A DNA stretch of 64,000 nt. It comes from Phycisphaerae bacterium (GTDB taxonomy: Bacteria > Planctomycetota > Phycisphaerae > UBA1845 > Fen-1342). This document shows, piece after piece, positions 19,244 through 27,807 of the stretch. The stretch is taken from assembly GCA_963675745.2 (NCBI GenBank), contig CAXXWX010000007.1, positions 97,376 to 161,375 of the forward strand. The letters run 5' to 3'. The position numbers and the translations under genes are program-made. Position 1 is the stretch's first letter, and each line of letters begins with the position of its first letter. Below the pieces are notes generated by a model. That model had not been told where the DNA came from, did not search any database, and was given only the letters and a program-made list of their open reading frames with translations.

Positions 19244-20584
19244 ATGAAAACGAAGAACCAGGATTTCATGCTTGGGCTGGCCGTCATCGCGCTGGTGGCG
19301 CTGTTCCTGGCATCGTTCTTCTTCCTGTACGATTCCAAGATCTTCAAACCACCGACCCAGACCATCACCGTGCGTTTTGCGCTCGACAAGGGGATGGCGC
19401 GCCTGAGCGAAGGTGGCGAGGTGTTGCTGCGTGGCGCGCTGGCGGTCGGCAAAATCACATCAGTCGAGATTCAGCGCGGGGAGTCCGGCGAATCGCTTGG
19501 CATACCGTCAATCATAGTCACCGCCGAGATTCGCGAAGATGTGACGCTGTTCCAGGACTGTCGCATTACCACGAATGAGCCGGTCATCGGCGGCAGCGGA
19601 TTCCTGGTGATCCTGGACGTTGGATCGCCGACGCTGGGTGCCGCGCCGCCCCTGATCGAAGGTGAGCGCCCCCAGAGCTTGTCAGCGGCGATCGGCGACC
19701 TGTCGGACTGGCTGTTGGCTTCGGACGGATTTCTGTCGAAGCTGGACCAGATGTTCGACGCCGGCGTCGAGGGCTCGGCGATGAACAAGCTGATGGCCAG
19801 CCTGGAAGATATCAACGTGATCACGCGCGAGATCGCCGGTGAACTCGATGCCGACGAGCAGGATGCCCTGATGTTTCGCATCCATCGCGTGATGGACAAT
19901 GTGGCCGGTGTGACGGCGGCGCTGCGCATGCAGGTTGACGCGGAAGTGGACACGAGCCTGCTGGGCAAGGTGTTGACGACTCTCGATGAGCTGGATGCCA
20001 GCCTGGTGCACGTGCGACAGATGCTCGAAGAATCACGACCGCAGTTCGCCAGCACTGTGGACAACGTTGAGAGCATCACGCGCGCGCTGGACCAGGACAT
20101 CATCGGCGGGCTGAAAGCTGAACTTGACCGCGCAGACCCAACCTCCCTGCTGGCCAAGATCCACGTCAGCATGGACCGCGCCGCCGACTCACTCGAAAAC
20201 GTCCGCGTGGCCACGGAGACGGGCAAGCGCATGGTGGTTCTCAATCGGCCCGCGATCGATAGCACGATCCGCAACCTCAAAGAGACCACGGACCAGATGA
20301 AGGGGCTGGTGCTGGACATTATGCTCAACCCCTGGCGGATGATCGCGCCGGACAAGGCCGAGCAACGCCGCATGGAGGTTTTCCAGGCGGCACAGATGTT
20401 CGCGCAGGCGGCGGCGCGGTTGGATGATGTGGTCGCGCGACTTGACGCGCTGAACAGCGTGTCGGCGGAAGGCGAGCAGAGCGCCGCGGATGCCGCCGAT
20501 CTGGCCGAACTGCGTAGTGCGCTGCAATCCGCCTTCGACCAGTTCAAGCGGGCCGAGGAGTATTTGTGGGAGCATGTGAAGTGA
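19244..20584 (+). CDS. MCE/MlaD-family protein with a long helical region
   Basis: N-terminal TM anchor, MCE-like beta domain (G.V.LRG..VGKI), helical repeats and the NPW motif. Confidence 0.75.
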   Translation: MKTKNQDFMLGLAVIALVALFLASFFFLYDSKIFKPPTQTITVRFALDKGMARLSEGGEVLLRGALAVGKITSVEIQRGESGESLGIPSIIVTAEIREDVTLFQDCRITTNEPVIGGSGFLVILDVGSPTLGAAPPLIEGERPQSLSAAIGDLSDWLLASDGFLSKLDQMFDAGVEGSAMNKLMASLEDINVITREIAGELDADEQDALMFRIHRVMDNVAGVTAALRMQVDAEVDTSLLGKVLTTLDELDASLVHVRQMLEESRPQFASTVDNVESITRALDQDIIGGLKAELDRADPTSLLAKIHVSMDRAADSLENVRVATETGKRMVVLNRPAIDSTIRNLKETTDQMKGLVLDIMLNPWRMIAPDKAEQRRMEVFQAAQMFAQAAARLDDVVARLDALNSVSAEGEQSAADAADLAELRSALQSAFDQFKRAEEYLWEHVK

Positions 20585-20624
20585 GCACGACGCGCCGGCC
20601 CACCCACCCTTCAGCGCGGGGCGC

Positions 20625-21737
20625 GTGACGATGGCGACGGATGAGGCCGTTTACGATCTTGTAATCGTCGGTGGCGCGCCGGCGGGACTGGCCGCCGCTA
20701 TCCGCGCCAGGCAGTTGAAGCGCGAAGTGCTCGTGATTGACAGCCGGCCATTGCCCCGCGTCACGCGCGCGGCCGACTGGCTGAGCCCGGGGGCCATCGA
20801 CCTGTGCGAGGCGTGCGGCTTGACGGCGAAGTCCGTTGGTGCAACGCCGTTCATCGGACTGACCCTCCATTCGTGGGATTTCCAAAGCAGTGCGTCGGTC
20901 GAAGATGATGAACTGTCCGGCTGGATTGTCGCGCGCGCCAAACTGGAGCAGGCGTTGCTGGCAGCAGCCACCAGCGCCGGGGTGACCGTGCGTGCGGGAG
21001 TCGCGCTGGCGGGGGTCGAAGCGCACGAGACGTGCGTACGGATTGAACTGGCCGACAGCGCCCCCGTATGTGGGCGGATCGCGCTGCTGGCCGGCGAAGA
21101 TTGGGACGAAGTGGCGCGCTGGACGCCGGTAGCAAGTCGACCTCCGGCGGAGGTGGGTATGCGCTGCTTGCACGCGCGCGGCGCGTTGGCCAAACCCGCG
21201 TCCGCGTTCCACGTCATCCTGGGTACCGGCAGGGCCTGCCAGGCCGCCACGCTCGTCTGTGCCGAACGCGAGTTGCACGTCACCCTGATAGGACAGGGCG
21301 ATGCCGGCGAGCTGGAAGGCGAACTGGAATCGCTGTTGCGGCGAGCCGAGGCGGCCGGGTTGATTCCGACGCTTGCCGGCGCGCACCGCGTAAGCTCGCG
21401 TGGGCTAACCGGGGCGGCGCTGGACATGGATGCGCACGTCGGCAAGCGGACACTGCTGATTGGTGGGGCCGGCGGGTTTTCCGCGGCGCTGAGCGCCGAG
21501 GACTTGTACCCGGGCATGCGTTCAGGATGGATTGCCGCCGATGTCGTGCACCGCGCCTTGGATGCGTCTGTCGCACAGGAGGAGTTGACGGCATTTGATG
21601 TCGAGTGGCGGGGTGAGTTGGCCGCGTACCTCCGTATGCCTAACGCGGACCTGTCACTTCTGCTGCCTCTGGTATTCAACAACGAGCAGATGTCGCGGCG
21701 CGTGGCGCGCGCGTTCCTGCTCGGGCAGGATTTTTGA
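20625..21737 (+). CDS. FAD-dependent oxidoreductase (geranylgeranyl reductase-like, divergent)
   Basis: DLVIVGGAPAG Rossmann start; LLIGGAGG in place of the usual GDAAG. Confidence 0.7.
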   Translation: MTMATDEAVYDLVIVGGAPAGLAAAIRARQLKREVLVIDSRPLPRVTRAADWLSPGAIDLCEACGLTAKSVGATPFIGLTLHSWDFQSSASVEDDELSGWIVARAKLEQALLAAATSAGVTVRAGVALAGVEAHETCVRIELADSAPVCGRIALLAGEDWDEVARWTPVASRPPAEVGMRCLHARGALAKPASAFHVILGTGRACQAATLVCAERELHVTLIGQGDAGELEGELESLLRRAEAAGLIPTLAGAHRVSSRGLTGAALDMDAHVGKRTLLIGGAGGFSAALSAEDLYPGMRSGWIAADVVHRALDASVAQEELTAFDVEWRGELAAYLRMPNADLSLLLPLVFNNEQMSRRVARAFLLGQDF

Positions 21738-21962
21738 GTGGGCTCCGTGGCCTGCCGCGCGGCGCCGATAAATCAGCGACCGGCGTTCGTGGGCGCTGTC
21801 GCCGAGTGAAACACCGTGGCTCGTCACGGTGTACGCCGGCTTGTGGCCGGTATAATGAGTTGTGCGAGGGGCTTGGTGGCCTTAGTGTGCTCCTGCTGGT
21901 CGGGATAGCCACCGACACCTGAACAGCACGTCGAATAACAAGAAACGAAAGAACCCGGACGC

Positions 21963-22499
21963 ATGCTAACCGACGTTGAAACCGAGAAACTGACTATCGT
22001 CCACTACCCACACCCCGCACTGCGCAAACAATGTGCCCCGGTCGACGTGTTTGACGACCGGCTCAGGCAGCTCGCCGAGCGCATGCTGGAATTGATGCAC
22101 GCACAAAAGGGCGTGGGTCTGGCCGCGCCGCAGGTCGGTTTGCCTATTCGCCTGATCGTCACCAACCACACCGGCGAAGCGGGCGACGACCAGATTTTCG
22201 TCAATCCGGTGATCCGCGATATGCACGGCAACGTCGAGGCCGAGGAGGGCTGTTTGTCGTTGCCGGGCATTAACGTCCAGGTTCGTCGGGCCCAGCGCTG
22301 TAAGATCACGGCGCAAGATCTCGACGGGAAACCGATCGAGCGAGAAGGTGCCGACCTGTTGTGCCGCGTCTGGCAGCACGAGACCGACCACCTTGGCGGC
22401 ACTCTGATTGTGGACCGCATGGGGCCCTCCGACCGTATCGCCACGCGCAAGACACTTCGCGTGTTGGAGAGCACTTTCAAGGCCGGTAATGGCGCGTAG
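21963..22499 (+). CDS. def: Peptide deformylase
   Basis: GVGLAAPQ, EGCLS and QHETDH motifs. Confidence 0.97.
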   Translation: MLTDVETEKLTIVHYPHPALRKQCAPVDVFDDRLRQLAERMLELMHAQKGVGLAAPQVGLPIRLIVTNHTGEAGDDQIFVNPVIRDMHGNVEAEEGCLSLPGINVQVRRAQRCKITAQDLDGKPIEREGADLLCRVWQHETDHLGGTLIVDRMGPSDRIATRKTLRVLESTFKAGNGA

Positions 22500-22505
22500 G
22501 CGAAG

Positions 22506-22586
22506 TGTGGCACAGGCCTGCAACCTGGGCTTGTATCGCAAATGTTTGCGGGTTGTGGGACTCACCGGTTGGAAACCGGTGTCACA
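22506..22586. repeat. REP-like inverted doublet (TGTGGCACAGG...CACCGGTTGGAAACCGGTGTCACA)
   Basis: Two imperfect hairpins with inverted TGTGRCA ends between def and fmt. Confidence 0.55.
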
Positions 22587-22655
22587 GCCTTCTGTCTTTC
22601 TTTGCGGCATCAGTGACGCGGCGGGATAGTTCGCCATTTTGTGGGATGACCTACG

Positions 22656-23609
22656 ATGAAGCTGGCCTTTCTGGGAACCGGCGCGTTTGCCGTTCCCGCG
22701 CTTCAGTCACTCGCGCGCTGTGGTCACGAAATAAGTGTTGCGATCAGCCAGCCGGATCGCCCCGCCGGGCGCGGCAAACGCATCATGCCTACGCCGCTGC
22801 GCACTGCGGCGGAGGCGCTCGGAATCCGACACATTCAGACCGCCGATGTCAACGCGCTCGACTTCGCTGACACGTTTGGGCTTAGCGAGATCGGCGTCGT
22901 GGCGGCCTTTGGTCAGAAGATCGGTGGTGCGATTCTGGAGGGGTTGCCCCGCGGCTGCCTCAACATTCACGGATCGCTTTTGCCGAAATACCGCGGCGCG
23001 GCGCCGTTTCAACGCGCCATCATCGCCGGTGAGCAACACACCGGCGTCACCGTTTTCCAGCTCGACACGCGCTGGGATGCCGGGCCAATCTGGGGTATGC
23101 GCGAGACAGCGATTGGCGACACTGAAACCGCCGACGAGTTGCACGATCGCCTGGCTTTGCTCGGAGCCGAACTCATCGTGGCGACACTGCCCGAGATAGA
23201 GAGCCGCGCGCGGCAGCCGACAACGCAGGACCTCTCAGCGGCGACCAAGGCTCCAAAGCTCTCAAAGGCCGAGGGTTGTGTGAGCTGGACCGAGCCGGCC
23301 GAGCGCGTCGTTCGCAGAATAAACGGACTCTGGTCGTGGCCCGGGGCGGCGTGTCTGTTCGCCGCGCATAGCGGTCGGCGCGAACGAGTTACACTCGCCC
23401 GCGCTGAGTGCGCCGAACGCGACAGCACACCAACCGACGACATGCCACCCGGCGCTGTGCGCAACGACCATGCGGTGCAGACCGGGCGGGGCAGCGTGCG
23501 TGTGCTCGAGATCAAGCCGGCCGGCAGCAAGCTCATGACGTTTGAGGCGTTTTCCAACGGTCGCGGCGTGCGGATACCCGATCGGTTCCTGCCGTTGGAG
23601 GAGTCATGA
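22656..23609 (+). CDS. fmt: Methionyl-tRNA formyltransferase
   Basis: QPDRPAGRG, NIHGSLLPKYRGAAP and DAGPI; follows def. Confidence 0.96.
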   Translation: MKLAFLGTGAFAVPALQSLARCGHEISVAISQPDRPAGRGKRIMPTPLRTAAEALGIRHIQTADVNALDFADTFGLSEIGVVAAFGQKIGGAILEGLPRGCLNIHGSLLPKYRGAAPFQRAIIAGEQHTGVTVFQLDTRWDAGPIWGMRETAIGDTETADELHDRLALLGAELIVATLPEIESRARQPTTQDLSAATKAPKLSKAEGCVSWTEPAERVVRRINGLWSWPGAACLFAAHSGRRERVTLARAECAERDSTPTDDMPPGAVRNDHAVQTGRGSVRVLEIKPAGSKLMTFEAFSNGRGVRIPDRFLPLEES

Positions 23610-25021
23610 GCGCCGACTCCTCGAGCGCTGAGCTGGCAGGCCGCGAAGCCGCCCATGCCGCGATCCTGGGAGTTCTCACGCGCCAGATGTTCGTAAGCGA
23701 GACGCTTGGTCGGTTGCGCGATGAAATGCGCCTCAGCGGACGTGAGGCCGGCCTCGCGACCGAGATTGCGCTCGGCGCTGTTCGACACATCCACACGCTC
23801 GAGACCATTCTCTCGGCGGTGGCGCGTTATGAACCCACGCGTGTACAGCCGCCCGTCCGTGCGATTCTGCTTGCGGGTGCTTACCAGGCGATCTGGATGG
23901 ACCGTGTACCGCTCTTCGCCGCGGTCAACGAGTCGGTCACTCTGGTGCGGAAGCTGATGCGCAGAAAGAGCGTCGTCGGAATGGTCAATGCCATCCTGCG
24001 CCGGCTTTCCAACGCGATCGGCGAACGCCGCGGAGTCTGGCAACCCGGTCACCGTCGTCAGGCGCGCGTGAGTTGGGACAGCGCGTGCGAATTCTCGCGC
24101 GACATATTCCCTGCATCGGACGGCGACGATCAGGCGTACACGGCGGCCGCCGGCGGGGAGCGTCCGGAACGATTCGCCATACTCGCCGATCGATTCGGAG
24201 CGGATGCCGCCGCGCAGATAACCTGGGCGTCTCAGGCCGTGCCGGCCGTGGTGCTGCACCGCAACGCCTTGCGCATCGACACCGACGCTTTTCAGCAGCG
24301 CATTGACGCGACCTATGGCCCGGACGTCACGTGCGAGACGGACCGGGTCTTTCTGCCGCCGGGCGCTAAGTTGCTCGACAGCGAGCTGTTTCGTGACGGG
24401 CTCATGTACGTGCAGGACAGCACGGCGCAGGCGGCCGCCCGGCTGGTTGACGCCCGTCCCGGTGAGCGCGTGCTGGATTTCTGTGCCGCTCCCGGTGGCA
24501 AGTCGGTTGCCCTCGCGGTGAAGATGGAAGACCGCGGCGAGGTAGTGGCGTGCGACACGGCGCCCCAGCGCCTGATCCAGGTATCCGCCAGTGCGGATCG
24601 ACTTGGCCTGACGTGCATACACCGTCACCTGCTCGACGGCGACGATGTATCCGAAAGCCTGAGCGGCGGCTTTGACGCGGCGCTCGTTGACACGCCGTGC
24701 TCGAACACCGGCGTGATCGCGCGTCGCCCCGAGGCGCGTCTGGGTTTTACCGCCAGGAAGGTGGCGTCGCTGAATCAGCTCCAGGCCGGCATCATCCGGC
24801 GTGCGGCGCGTCTGGTGCGCCCGGGCGGCCGATTGGTCTACAGCACCTGCTGCCTTGAGCCGGAGGAGAACCAGCATATTGTCGCGGGGTTCCTGGCGGA
24901 CAACCCGGAGTGGCGACAAGTGACGCCCGCGGATACGGCGACAACCTTGCCGGACTGGGGGGCGACGCCGGGGGCCTGGCGCGACGGTGGTTTCGCGGTT
25001 CGCCTCGAACGGACCGGCTAG
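23606..25021 (+). CDS. rsmB: 16S rRNA m5C967 methyltransferase (NusB-like + methyltransferase domains)
   Basis: VQD, DFCAAPGGK, DTPCSNTG and YSTC..EEN; def-fmt-rsmB synteny. Confidence 0.9.
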   Translation: MSADSSSAELAGREAAHAAILGVLTRQMFVSETLGRLRDEMRLSGREAGLATEIALGAVRHIHTLETILSAVARYEPTRVQPPVRAILLAGAYQAIWMDRVPLFAAVNESVTLVRKLMRRKSVVGMVNAILRRLSNAIGERRGVWQPGHRRQARVSWDSACEFSRDIFPASDGDDQAYTAAAGGERPERFAILADRFGADAAAQITWASQAVPAVVLHRNALRIDTDAFQQRIDATYGPDVTCETDRVFLPPGAKLLDSELFRDGLMYVQDSTAQAAARLVDARPGERVLDFCAAPGGKSVALAVKMEDRGEVVACDTAPQRLIQVSASADRLGLTCIHRHLLDGDDVSESLSGGFDAALVDTPCSNTGVIARRPEARLGFTARKVASLNQLQAGIIRRAARLVRPGGRLVYSTCCLEPEENQHIVAGFLADNPEWRQVTPADTATTLPDWGATPGAWRDGGFAVRLERTG

Positions 25022-25144
25022 AGCATTTTCGGAAATGGTCCGGTGTGCCACTGCTCTTGAGCAGTGCTTTTCCAACGCGAACCTCACGGCTCACAGAGCC
25101 GTGGCACACTGCCAAGTGACAAACCTTTCCCGAAACCGCTTTAG
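25018..25144. mobile_element. 127-bp MITE-like element enclosing a REP doublet (family B)
   Basis: Imperfect terminal inverted repeats CTAGAGCATTTTCGGAAA / CTAAAGCGGTTTCGGGAA (14/18); internal GTGTGCCAC...GTGGCACAC hairpin pair. Confidence 0.6.
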
Positions 25145-26079
25145 CCTCCCTGCTCGAAACCTCGCGCAATGTGGTGAAGGACTGTGAGGCCTTCACGAAC
25201 CAGATCACCGTCGCCGGTGTTGTGGCCATAGGTGATTGTTACCGTGGCGTGGTAAAGCGCGCGGAACCGCGCCATGTGCCACGTGTCGATGTCGACCGCG
25301 CCATAGGTCGCGCGAAACGCCTCGTGAGCCTCGGGTGGCAGTAAGCCGTGGGCGATCGACAGATCCACGGCGGGGTCACCCAGGTGTGCATCTCCCCAGT
25401 CGATCACGCCGCACGGCCGACCCGCCGCGTTGACCAGAATGTGTCGCGCGTACAGGTCTCCGTGAACCAGGGCGATTGTCCGCGCGGGGCGCGCAGTGGG
25501 CGGGTGGTCGAGAATGGTCAACCACGGCCTCGAGTCGCTGATCAATCCGGCACGCACCAGCTTTGCAAGATTGTCGCGCGCCATGGGGATACGTTTGCGC
25601 GGATCGAGTCTGCCAAGCTCATCGCCGCGGAGCCCAAGGCGCGTTGCCTGGTCGCGCGGAAACGCGTGCAGTGCGGCAAGGAACCGCGCCAGGGGCTCGG
25701 CCATCGCGATGCGCTGCCGCGCGCTCAGCCCGGCGGAGCAGGCGATCCGCCCCGGCACAATCTCGTAGCCCGCGAATGGCCAGGGATACTCATCCGTCGG
25801 ACATCCCGACATGGTTGGCACGGGGATTGGCATCGGCAGCTGCGGTGCGAGCAACGGCAGGAGCCGGCTCTCGGTATTCAGCAGCGGCACGGCGACCGCG
25901 CGCCGGGGAAAACGGAAGACAAGGCTCTTGTTTATCAGGTAGGCCGTGTTGTCCCAGCCGGATGCCAGCGGCTCAACGGCCGCCGGTGCGAGCTGGGGGA
26001 ATTGCGTTTCAACGAGGTGACGCGCCAGCTCGACTGTGACAACAAGCTCGGCAGACCAGGGGGGAGCCGGACGCGACAA
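25141..26079 (-). CDS. APH/choline kinase-like phosphotransferase
   Basis: SGWDN, VFRFPRR, HGDL and IDWGD motifs; TTG start just after the upstream stop. Confidence 0.88.
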   Translation of the reverse strand: MSRPAPPWSAELVVTVELARHLVETQFPQLAPAAVEPLASGWDNTAYLINKSLVFRFPRRAVAVPLLNTESRLLPLLAPQLPMPIPVPTMSGCPTDEYPWPFAGYEIVPGRIACSAGLSARQRIAMAEPLARFLAALHAFPRDQATRLGLRGDELGRLDPRKRIPMARDNLAKLVRAGLISDSRPWLTILDHPPTARPARTIALVHGDLYARHILVNAAGRPCGVIDWGDAHLGDPAVDLSIAHGLLPPEAHEAFRATYGAVDIDTWHMARFRALYHATVTITYGHNTGDGDLVREGLTVLHHIARGFEQGG

Positions 26080-26086
26080 TGAAAAC

Positions 26087-26911
26087 CTACCGTCCGTCGA
26101 AGAGTCGATCGCCGAGCAGGTCGTCGAGGTTTGGGTTGTCCTTGATTTTCCGCGCGGTTTTCTCGATGTCGTATTCGACGCGGACAAACTCGACTTGCTC
26201 GACCGTGCAGTTCAGTGCCGCCTCGACAATGCTCTCGGAGCCGCCGTCGCCGGAGCCGTTATTGCGGCGCCGGGCGACAACGAAACTCGCGCGAGTGTCG
26301 CGATCGCGTGGTTGCCCGACGCTGCCGACGTTTATGATCGTGCGATCGTCCTCGATTTCATAGCAGGGGAAATCGGGAAGCTCCGGCGGGGGGTCAAAGT
26401 AGGGGTCGTCGAGGAAGACGCCGGGCTGATGCGTGTGCCCCACGAAGCAGATTCGCCCATCCAGCCGATCGAAATTGGCGATGACCTTCTGCGGATTCGT
26501 AAAGACATCCTCGGGGAAGATGTACTCGTTCATCGGGCGGCGCGGCGAGGCGTGTACCAGCAACACATCGGCCGTCTTGTGCCGGACCGGGAGTGTCCCG
26601 ATAAAACGCCAGCGCTCGTTCCGGAGTTTTTCGCTTTCTTCGGCGTCGAGCATCTGGCGCGTCCAGTAACAGGCGCGCTCGGCGGGCGTATTAAAATTAG
26701 CGGGCTCATAAAGGACGGCGTGGTCGTGGTTGCCCATCAGGCAAGCCTTGCAGCGCCGCCGCACCAGGTCGACACATTCGCGCGGATTCGGACCATAGCC
26801 GACCACGTCACCGAGGCAATACACTTCCTTGATTCCGCGTTCGTCGATCTCGTCAAAGACGGCTTGCAGAGCTTCGATGTTTGAGTGGATATCGCTGATG
26901 ACGGCGAACAT
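26087..26911 (-). CDS. Calcineurin-like metallophosphoesterase
   Basis: SDIHSN, GDVVGYG, GNHD, GHTH and NVGSVGQPRD motifs. Confidence 0.93.
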   Translation of the reverse strand: MFAVISDIHSNIEALQAVFDEIDERGIKEVYCLGDVVGYGPNPRECVDLVRRRCKACLMGNHDHAVLYEPANFNTPAERACYWTRQMLDAEESEKLRNERWRFIGTLPVRHKTADVLLVHASPRRPMNEYIFPEDVFTNPQKVIANFDRLDGRICFVGHTHQPGVFLDDPYFDPPPELPDFPCYEIEDDRTIINVGSVGQPRDRDTRASFVVARRRNNGSGDGGSESIVEAALNCTVEQVEFVRVEYDIEKTARKIKDNPNLDDLLGDRLFDGR

Positions 26912-27313
26912 ACGTTCTCCAAGGCATCCGCATCGGGACGGGAGCACCTCGAGGCGGCTGGGTAATGCGCGGCGAGGTCCCAAAACAGCGGCGCGCCCAG
27001 CACAATAACGATGCCGACGTGATCTTACCAGTGGTCTCGCCCGGGCGGGCGCGTTAACGCCTTCGCTTACGTTCCGCGGCGGATGTGAGGCAATCTTCGC
27101 GGCTCTGGGCGACTCGTAGCGCGCGTGAAGGTCTGATCACGCGGCGCGGCGTTAGGCCAGCGACGGGCGGTTGGGGGAAGGGGTGGTGCAAGAAACTTTA
27201 GTCGAGGGAAGTGTGAGTTTGAAATTGACGATGCAAGCACACGGGCGTGAGAAAGCGCCGAGTGATAGCCCGATAATACTGATGGCGCCGGCGGGCTGAT
27301 TCGATAGGTGGCG

Positions 27314-27559
27314 CGATATTATGCGACTGGAAATATCGTGAAACTTGACCCTGGACAAAGTGCGGAGAATAATCGGCGTGGAGAATGCGCCGCCGTTTGG
27401 CGGCTTGCACGTCTTAATGCGGATGAAACAGGTCGTGCCGCTGCAAGTTATCGCTCCTACCGGAAGAGGACATCAGCAAGTCATGGATCGCGCACCGGCA
27501 CCAGTGGTATTCCGTCCCATACGTTGGGCTTGCGATCCTGGCGGCAGATGTGGTATAAA
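27314..27559 (+). promoter_or_regulatory. Two candidate sigma70 promoters and an inverted repeat upstream of the surface-protein gene
   Basis: CGATATT-N11-AATATCG (27314-27338); TTGACC-17-AATAAT (27345-27373); TTGCGA-18-TATAAA with extended TG (27530-27559). Confidence 0.5.
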
Positions 27560-27807
27560 GAAACCGTGTTAGATTCCGCGCGACGATGCGCTGAAGGCGT
27601 GCGCATCCAGCGTGGGTTTGGCGGGTGATACCCGCGGTTGGGAAAGAGTGTGAAAAGGCGTTTGAGGCCGTTTACCCATCTCTCACGACATGAGTCTCGA
27701 AACGCCGAATTTCGAAAGACGGCGCATCAAATAGGGAGTGGTGGAAATCCGGCGCGTGGTCGGAAAGAGGCGTCGTTGTTGGGCTACTTTTGGGCGAGGA
27801 AAAAACC

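Noticed and set aside
23009..25087. Long antisense ORFs (also 19471-20607, 27817-29112, 38589-40286, 42460-43878, 44275-45888, 60523-61809)
   Set aside because: Shadows of codon-biased, high-GC genes on the other strand; no recognisable motifs.
25141..26079. Acquired aminoglycoside resistance gene
   Set aside because: Only family-level kinase motifs; native composition and context; substrate unknown.
27690..27740. c-di-GMP-I riboswitch
   Set aside because: A GAAA-containing stem is present, but the GGCAAA...GACGCAAA pattern and the second stem are not.
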